Assembly (NCBI GenBank): GCA_035514295.1
Contig: DATKBB010000012.1
Span: 21,385 to 85,384, forward strand
Length of the DNA stretch: 64,000 nucleotides
Reading direction: 5' to 3'
Source of the DNA: Candidatus Limnocylindria bacterium
GTDB lineage: Bacteria; Chloroflexota; Limnocylindria; Limnocylindrales; CSP1-4
The notes beneath the pieces were generated by a model that was not told where the DNA came from, did not search any database, and saw nothing but the letters and a program-made list of their open reading frames with translations. The position numbers and the translations under genes are program-made. Below, one piece after another: positions 57,023-64,000 of this stretch (its first letter is position 1; every line of letters starts with the position of its first letter).

Positions 57023-59659
57023 CTACGGCGTCAGCGTCAGGGTCCGGCGGCCGGCCAACTCCACGCTCTCGCTCGTCCAGGGCAGCCGCACCGGCGAGTT
57101 GTTCAGCCAGCGCGAGATCAGATCGCCGTAGTGCTCGTCGAAAGGCAGGCCTGATTGGCCGGTGGGCTGTAGAACGGTCGCCGCGTCGAGGTCGGACATG
57201 TCGATCACCAGCCGGTAGGAGGGATGGCTGGTGACCGCGAAGACCCGGCGCAGGTCGGCCGGCCCCTCGCCCGCGGCGGCATAGTCGGCGCTCAAGGGGC
57301 CGCACAGCTTGTTGACCGTAGTGCAGCTGCCCGGTGCCGGGTAGGGCCCGCGGTTAAAGACGGCCTCCAGCGGGCCGATGCCTGAGCGCCCGAACGTCTC
57401 CTCCGAGAAGTTCACCGTATGGATCCGGCCCCAGGTCCAGCCGGCGGGATCGCCCAGGGTGTGGCGCAGGTCGGCGCCGGCCAGATCCAGCGCGCGGGCC
57501 ATGATGCGCGCCGGCGTCTCGCGGACGCCGGGTGTCGTGCTGTCGTCCCACAAGGCGCTGCGGGGCTCGGACAGCAACCTGGCCAGCGCCTCGTGCGAGG
57601 GCTCGCTGCCCACGTAGCGCGCAGCCATGTCCAGCGCGTCACCGCCCCCGCCCAGCTCATCGTCGAAAACACCGCGCAGCAGGCGGTAGGCGAAGGCCTC
57701 GTAGGCCGCGCAACCCTGCGACTGGATCTCGCACGACAGGTCGTCGCGCCACGCCTCGATACGCTCCATTACCACGCCGCCGTCGGCCGTCTGGGGCACG
57801 ACGCCCTCTAGCGCCTCGATGACTGTCTTCGCACGGGTCAGCCGCGTGTCGCGCTGCAGCTCGCGCATCGCGTCGACGGTCAGCGGTGCGGCGTCGTCGA
57901 GCAGCTCGAGCAGGCGCATGGCGCGGTAACCGGGGTCCCAGTCACGGCCCAGGAAGTGGGCATAACCGCCGCCAGCCGGCGCGTTGTTGGCCGCCACGAT
58001 GAAACCGGCCGGCGGGTCGAAGACCGACGGCAGCTCGTCGTAAGGCACCCAGCCGGTCCAGTCGTGCGAGCCGTCGGCTCCCGGCGCCGGCAGCGAGCCG
58101 TCGCCGGCTCCGCGCACCGGCATGCGCCCGGCTACCTGCAGGCCGATGTGGCCATCCACGTCGGCGTAGGCGAAGGCCTGCGCAGGCGCGTGGAAGTTGC
58201 GCAGAGCCGCGCGGAACTCCTCCCAATTGCCTGCGCGGTTGATGGCCAGCACGGCATCGAACGTGCGATCGCCCGGTGCCAGGGCGCTCCAGGCGAGGGA
58301 ATAGGCCGTGCCCGGCTCGGCCAAACCTGGGCTGTCATCTTCTCGCACACCCAGCTCGTCGGCCACGTCGCTGATTAGCGGGCCATGGACGGTGGAGCGG
58401 ATGCGCACCGTCTCCTCTCCTCCGCCTGCGATGCTGATCGTTTCCTGCCGGGTCGTGAAGGGCAGACTCTCGCCGCCGTGGAGATAGCGGCTCGGCGAGT
58501 CCGGGTCGAGCGTCTCGACGAAGAGGTCCTGCACGTCCGGCCCGAGGTTGGTCAGCCCCCAGGCGATGCGAGCGTTGTGACCCAGCACGATGCCCGGGCC
58601 GCCGGGGAAGCCGGCACCGGCCAGCTCGTAGGGACACTGCGGCCCGACCGGCCGGCAGTGCAGCCCGACCAGGAACCAGAGCGAGGGCATCGAGACGCCC
58701 AGGTGCGGGTCATTGGCCAGCAACGCACCACCACTGGCCGAGTTCTGCGGCGCCACCGCCCAGGCGTTGGAGCCCAGCCCCCCGAAAGCACCGGCTCCCT
58801 GGGCCCCGCCCAGCCCCAGTCGAGCGCCGAGTGAGTCGCCCAGCTCCAGCAGCCCGCCCAGCTTGGCCTCGTCCGCGGCGGCAGCCCGCGCCGGCGGCAC
58901 GAATGTCTGGAAGCCAGGTGTGCCGCCGACCAGCACCGGCCGCTGCCCGTCATAGAGCGGCGTGAGCTCGAAGATCTGCTCGGCCGACAGCCCGCGCGCA
59001 GCCAGCGCCAGCCGGAACACCTCCACCTCCCAGTTGCCGCCCAGCGCCCAGGCCTGCACCTTCTGCCAGGTCAGGCTATCCAGTGCCGTCCAGGGCTCGG
59101 GCCGGAAGCCGCCCAGACCGCCGCCCGCCCCCAGCAGGCCGGCCACGACGAAGGGCAGCGGCAGGTCACCGTGCTGATCGAGCCAGGCGTTGACGCCTTC
59201 CGCGTAGGCCTCGAGAGCCATCCGTCCGGCGTCCGACACCACCTCCAGGTCTGCCTGCGCGGCCCGCTGCCAGCCCAGCGTGCGAATGAAGCGGTCCGTG
59301 CCCACCTCGCTCCGCCCGAAGAGCTCGGCCAGCCGGCCGGCCCCGATGCGCCGCCAGACCTCCATCTGCCACATTCGCTCTGAGGCGTGGGCGTAACCCT
59401 GGGCGGCGAAAAGGTCGTGGCTGGTGGCCGCGTAGATGTGCGGGATACCGGCCGCGTCGCGCACAACCGTGACGTCGGCGCTGAGGCCGGGCAGCGACGC
59501 GCTGCCCTCGCGCTGTGGAAAGCCGCGTACGACCAGCCAGGCGAGCAGCCCGCTGCCCAGCACGGCCACGACCAGCACCAGGATCAGCAGCAGCTCGAGC
59601 ACGCGCCCAAGCGCCCGGCCCAGGCCCCTCATCGACCTCCCTCTGTGACGTGCCGCCAT
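57023..59659 (-). CDS. penicillin acylase (penicillin amidase, Ntn-hydrolase S45) family protein
   Basis: 878 aa with N-terminal signal/TM. Overall alpha-spacer-beta S45 organisation with conserved ...SNAWAV... (Ntn Ser) region. Confidence 0.85.
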   Translation of the reverse strand: MAARHRGRSMRGLGRALGRVLELLLILVLVVAVLGSGLLAWLVVRGFPQREGSASLPGLSADVTVVRDAAGIPHIYAATSHDLFAAQGYAHASERMWQMEVWRRIGAGRLAELFGRSEVGTDRFIRTLGWQRAAQADLEVVSDAGRMALEAYAEGVNAWLDQHGDLPLPFVVAGLLGAGGGLGGFRPEPWTALDSLTWQKVQAWALGGNWEVEVFRLALAARGLSAEQIFELTPLYDGQRPVLVGGTPGFQTFVPPARAAAADEAKLGGLLELGDSLGARLGLGGAQGAGAFGGLGSNAWAVAPQNSASGGALLANDPHLGVSMPSLWFLVGLHCRPVGPQCPYELAGAGFPGGPGIVLGHNARIAWGLTNLGPDVQDLFVETLDPDSPSRYLHGGESLPFTTRQETISIAGGGEETVRIRSTVHGPLISDVADELGVREDDSPGLAEPGTAYSLAWSALAPGDRTFDAVLAINRAGNWEEFRAALRNFHAPAQAFAYADVDGHIGLQVAGRMPVRGAGDGSLPAPGADGSHDWTGWVPYDELPSVFDPPAGFIVAANNAPAGGGYAHFLGRDWDPGYRAMRLLELLDDAAPLTVDAMRELQRDTRLTRAKTVIEALEGVVPQTADGGVVMERIEAWRDDLSCEIQSQGCAAYEAFAYRLLRGVFDDELGGGGDALDMAARYVGSEPSHEALARLLSEPRSALWDDSTTPGVRETPARIMARALDLAGADLRHTLGDPAGWTWGRIHTVNFSEETFGRSGIGPLEAVFNRGPYPAPGSCTTVNKLCGPLSADYAAAGEGPADLRRVFAVTSHPSYRLVIDMSDLDAATVLQPTGQSGLPFDEHYGDLISRWLNNSPVRLPWTSESVELAGRRTLTLTP

Positions 59660-59678
59660 GATGCACGAAAGCGAAGGC

Positions 59679-60239
59679 TCAGCCGCGGTACCTGAAGCAC
59701 TCCGGCAGGTGGTCGTCGACCAGTCCGGCTGCCTGCATGAAGGCGTAGACGATGGTCGACCCCACGAAGGCGAAGCCGCGCTTCTTGAGCTCCTTCGAGA
59801 GCGCGTCCGAGGCCGGCGTGCGCGCGGGCAGGTCGCCCATCGCCGCCGTCGCGGGCAGAGGTGAAGGCGGGGGGACGCGCGCCGTCAACCAGGCGTCGAA
59901 GGTGCCCTCGGTTGCCTGCAACTCGAGCAGCGCACGGGCATTGCCGATCGTGGCGTCGATCTTGGCCCGGTTGCGCACGATGCCGGCGTCGGCCAGCAGG
60001 CGCTGGCGGTCAGCCTCGTCGAAGGCTGCCACGAGACGCGGCTCGAAGCCCCGAAAAGCGTGCCTGAAGTTGTCGCGCTTGCGCAGGATGGTCTGCCACG
60101 ACAGGCCGGCCTGGAAGCCCTCCAGCGTGAGCAGCTCGAATAGGGCCCGCTCGTCGTGCAACGGCGTGCCCCACTCGACGTCGTGGTAGGCCACCATCAA
60201 GGGGTCCGAGCCGGCCCACCAGCAGCGGGGCTGATCCAT
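59679..60239 (-). CDS. tag: DNA-3-methyladenine glycosylase I
   Basis: ...YHDVEWGTPLHDERALFELLTLEGFQAGLSWQTIL... is a canonical Tag sequence. Cys/His zinc-snap residues present at the C-terminus (HLPECF). Confidence 0.85.
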   Translation of the reverse strand: MDQPRCWWAGSDPLMVAYHDVEWGTPLHDERALFELLTLEGFQAGLSWQTILRKRDNFRHAFRGFEPRLVAAFDEADRQRLLADAGIVRNRAKIDATIGNARALLELQATEGTFDAWLTARVPPPSPLPATAAMGDLPARTPASDALSKELKKRGFAFVGSTIVYAFMQAAGLVDDHLPECFRYRG

Positions 60240-60291
60240 CAGGGCAGGCAGAGAGGTCGGCCGAGGAGGTGGCCGCCCTCTCGTGAGTGGT

Positions 60292-61677
<1,386 letters not shown>

Positions 61678-61728
61678 TTGTTCGACACTCCCTGTTGCGT
61701 TGGACGGGCCTGCCCTTTGGGCCGGCCG

Positions 61729-61827
61729 CACGACGTTCGACAGTCTAGAACGTCGGCACAGACGGCACGGTAGCGGCTCGGTACCAATCAGGCGGCCGAA
61801 CTTGTGCAGTTGGCACTAAGTTCGGCC
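61729..61827. promoter_or_regulatory. glnA upstream region with two perfect inverted repeats (CGACGTTC-N9-GAACGTCG at 61729-61753; GGCCGAACTT-N14-AAGTTCGGCC at 61794-61827)
   Basis: Read directly. The half-site AAGTTCG(G)CC recurs at 61991-62000 and in degenerate form near 61940. Confidence 0.35.
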
Positions 61828-62070
61828 GCCTTGGAGCCCTTTCAGCGTCGCGCACGATCCACTGGTTGCCTGCCCACCGGTTGCCCCGAAGGGGCGCTAA
61901 CGGCCACCTTGCGAGCTTTCGGTCCGGTTGCAGGTCGGAAAGTTGCCCTGCAGCGATCCGGCCGGCCGATCAGAAGGCATTTCAAGACCTAAGTTCGCCG
62001 TTAGTTCCGCTGGCGGACAACTCGCGATGGATCGGGCGGGGCAACTCGAGAGAAACGGCGCGGCTGGGAC

Positions 62071-63603
62071 CTAGGACCTGTCGATGGCGGTGCGGTGCTC
62101 CTCCGAGCTCTGCAGCAGTCGGACGGCCAGAGCGAGCGTGAAGCGCAAGCGGGCATCGGACAGCCGCCAGCCGGTCTGCTCCTCGATCCGCGCGAGGCGG
62201 TAGGCCAGCGTGTTGCGATGAATGCCCAGGGCAGCGGCCGCCTCAGCCAGGCCATCGTGCTCGAGCGCGGCGCGCAGCGTGTCCAGCACTCGCCGATCCC
62301 GCGCGGGCCGCCCATCGAGGAGCGGCGCCAGCAGCCTCCGCGCGTGGCGCAGCCCGTCGGGCAGGGCCGGCAGCGAGGCCAGCAGGCGGTAGGCGGCGGC
62401 CAGCTCGCTGCGACCCACGAGCAGGCCCTCCCGATCGGCCAGGCTGGCCCGCTCGGCCGCGCTCAATGCCTCCAGCGCCTCCAGCGTCAGGCGCGCGTGC
62501 GCCTCCATCGTGGCCCGCTCGAGCGGCTCGCTGAACGGCTGCGAGACGGCCACCGGCCGGCCCAGGCGGCGGGCCACGCGGTCGGCCAGGGCGAGGCCGT
62601 GAGGGTCGTCCGCCGGCGCTGCGGCCACGGCCCGCAATTCCAGGCTCGACGCGTCGCCACGCAGCAGCAGGCGGCTGACTGGTTCGCTCCGCTGGAGCGC
62701 GGCGCGCACGCGCTCGCGCTGCTCGAAGGTCGATGGTTTTGCGTCGTCCAGCTGGCGGGCGACGATGACCACCCAGGGCGGTCCATCGGCCGGCAGAAGC
62801 TCACGGCCATGGCCCGCCCCGGGCGCCGGCCCACGGCCCAGCTCGAGTGCCAGCAATCCGACGATGCGCCGCGCGGCCAACAGGTCGAGCTCGCTGGTCG
62901 GGGCGCTGCCCAGCAGTACCAGCGCTGCCTGGCGCCTGACCGCCTGACCGCCAGCGGCCGGTGGCAGGGGCAGGCGCAGGACCTCACCACGCCGACGCTG
63001 CAGGTAGTCGGCGAGGCCGCCTGCCTCGTCCTGGGCGTCGGTCGGGGCGTGGACGGCCAGCAGCGTGCCGTCGCCCGCCTCGATGGCCACCGGTCTGGCC
63101 AGGAAGCGCGCGATGATGCCCGCCAGGCCGGGCATACCCGCGCCGGCCAGGGCGGCCGCCTCGAGCTCGCTCTCGAGCTCCGCTACTCGCCGCTCCAGCT
63201 CCGCCTCGCCGGTGACGATGTAGGCGATGGTCGAACGTTCCAGGGCTGCTACGTCGCCGTTGGCCAGCAACAGCGCCGCCAGCCCGCGCGCGGCGCTGCG
63301 CTGGAGCAGCTCCTGCGTCTCCAGCGAGCCGGGCAGCGCCTGGCCTACGAGCAGGACGCCGCTGGCGCCGGCCGTGGCGACGGCCTCGATAACGCTGCCC
63401 GGCTCCACGCCCAGCGCGCGCAGGCTGTCCAGCGTGCCGTGCTGGACGATGGCCAGGTCGTGTGCCTCGAGGGCGTCGAAGGCCGGCACGCGCGCCTTCA
63501 GCACGCGCACCCAGGCCACTGGCCGGTCCAGCGCCGGTCCCGCCGCGGGAAACGGCCGCGCCTGCGGGAAGACCGAGCGCCACAGCTCGCGCAGGCTGGG
63601 CAT
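62071..63603 (-). CDS. PucR/CdaR-family transcriptional regulator
   Basis: C-terminal PucR-type HTH ...ALGIHRNTLAYRLARIEEQTGWRLSDARLRFTLALAVRL. 510 aa, immediately upstream of glnA on the same strand. Confidence 0.75.
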   Translation of the reverse strand: MPSLRELWRSVFPQARPFPAAGPALDRPVAWVRVLKARVPAFDALEAHDLAIVQHGTLDSLRALGVEPGSVIEAVATAGASGVLLVGQALPGSLETQELLQRSAARGLAALLLANGDVAALERSTIAYIVTGEAELERRVAELESELEAAALAGAGMPGLAGIIARFLARPVAIEAGDGTLLAVHAPTDAQDEAGGLADYLQRRRGEVLRLPLPPAAGGQAVRRQAALVLLGSAPTSELDLLAARRIVGLLALELGRGPAPGAGHGRELLPADGPPWVVIVARQLDDAKPSTFEQRERVRAALQRSEPVSRLLLRGDASSLELRAVAAAPADDPHGLALADRVARRLGRPVAVSQPFSEPLERATMEAHARLTLEALEALSAAERASLADREGLLVGRSELAAAYRLLASLPALPDGLRHARRLLAPLLDGRPARDRRVLDTLRAALEHDGLAEAAAALGIHRNTLAYRLARIEEQTGWRLSDARLRFTLALAVRLLQSSEEHRTAIDRS

Positions 63604-63632
63604 ACCTTCGCGCCGCCCGCCTCAGGCGGCCG

Positions 63633-64000
63633 CTAGCCGGCGGCGAGGCGCCGCTCGGGCCTGTGGCCCAAACGCGCCGACAGAGCGTCGAGCAGCCGCT
63701 CGAACTCCCGGTCCACGTCGACGTAGCGCTCGGCGGTCATGGCCAGCTCGAGGCGTTCGCCGCTGAGCCTGGCCCACACCCGCCGGCGGGGAAAGTAGAA
63801 GGTCAGCAGCAAGCCGGTGATCAGGCTGCCGTAGGCCAGCCAGATCAGTCCCTGGCCGGGGTCGCGCTTGATGACCATGCCGGTGTAGGCACCGGCCCGC
63901 TCCCAGCTGATGGTGTAGCCCGCGGTCTGGGCCGGGTCGGAGACACCGCCCAGGGCCAGCCCGCGGATGAAGATGATCGTGGCCTCGTCCGCCTGGTCCG
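63633..64000 (-). CDS. 3' end of a gene that runs off the window (C-terminal TM + RRRVW; possibly ResB/Ccs1-like)
   Basis: The in-frame ORF has no start codon before the window edge. C-terminal helix LIWLAYGSLITGLLLTFYF followed by PRRRVWARL. Confidence 0.35.
   Translation of the reverse strand, partial: DQADEATIIFIRGLALGGVSDPAQTAGYTISWERAGAYTGMVIKRDPGQGLIWLAYGSLITGLLLTFYFPRRRVWARLSGERLELAMTAERYVDVDREFERLLDALSARLGHRPERRLAAG

Noticed and set aside
61811-61830. TGGCAC-N5-TCGGC resembling a sigma-54 -24/-12 promoter
   Set aside because: The spacing to the GC dinucleotide is off by one. The orientation points away from any downstream gene, and sigma-54 is not expected in this lineage.

Overview
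This 64 kb window is high-GC (about 70%) and gene-dense, consistent with an Actinomycetota-like or Chloroflexota-like chromosome. Many genes use GTG/TTG starts and GGAGG-type Shine-Dalgarno sites. I can support about 55 protein-coding genes and one tRNA-Pro(CGG). I found no CRISPR array, transposase, integrase or rRNA.

Recognisable content, in order:
- Envelope and housekeeping genes at the start: FtsH, an ICMT-family methyltransferase overlapping FabI, and a secreted S8 subtilase.
- An alpha-glucan locus: glgA, divergently transcribed from a GT35-type alpha-glucan phosphorylase gene (glgP) followed by a GH57 enzyme.
- A GNAT / LLM-type luciferase-like oxidoreductase / DUF885 overlapped trio, the first of three LLM oxidoreductases in the window.
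- Amino-acid and sulfur metabolism: a holin-family gene overlapping lysA, a YitJ-like bifunctional homocysteine methyltransferase/MTHFR, and cysD-cysN.
- A nickel superoxide dismutase gene with its SodX maturation protease, preceded by a zinc-ribbon membrane protein.
- A Rieske cluster: a small Rieske ferredoxin and an SRPBCC protein convergent with a GbcA/CntA-like oxygenase alpha subunit.
- A SpoIID/LytB-FG-GAP protein, and an ArsC/Spx-fold gene with no canonical start codon.
- The envelope protease PrsW with a C-terminal SH3 domain, and a membrane H+-pyrophosphatase.
- A two-subunit aconitase-X (AcnX) pair.
- A signalling block: two tandem class III nucleotide cyclase genes (the first a cyclase-STAND ATPase-TPR fusion) next to an operon of secreted repeat protein, membrane GAF-like protein and an Asp-less LuxR-type response regulator.
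- tRNA-Pro, an FMN-dependent alpha-hydroxy acid dehydrogenase, an MFS transporter, an SDR, a penicillin acylase, tag, and glnA with a PucR-family regulator upstream.

The main items for follow-up are:
- the phospho-acceptor-less regulator operon;
- the tandem cyclase / STAND pair;
- the AcnX pair, which may be a hydroxyproline dehydratase or a mevalonate-phosphate dehydratase;
- the redox-dead ArsC-like gene that seems to start at a non-canonical codon;
- several strong palindromes in divergent or convergent intergenic regions: the glgA/glgP region, an AT-rich ACGATATATCGT site, the glnA upstream region, and a ~113 bp palindromic element between the SDR and penicillin acylase genes;
- a likely unannotated small ORF downstream of prsW.

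All functional calls are by eye from motifs and remembered family signatures. No database search was possible.
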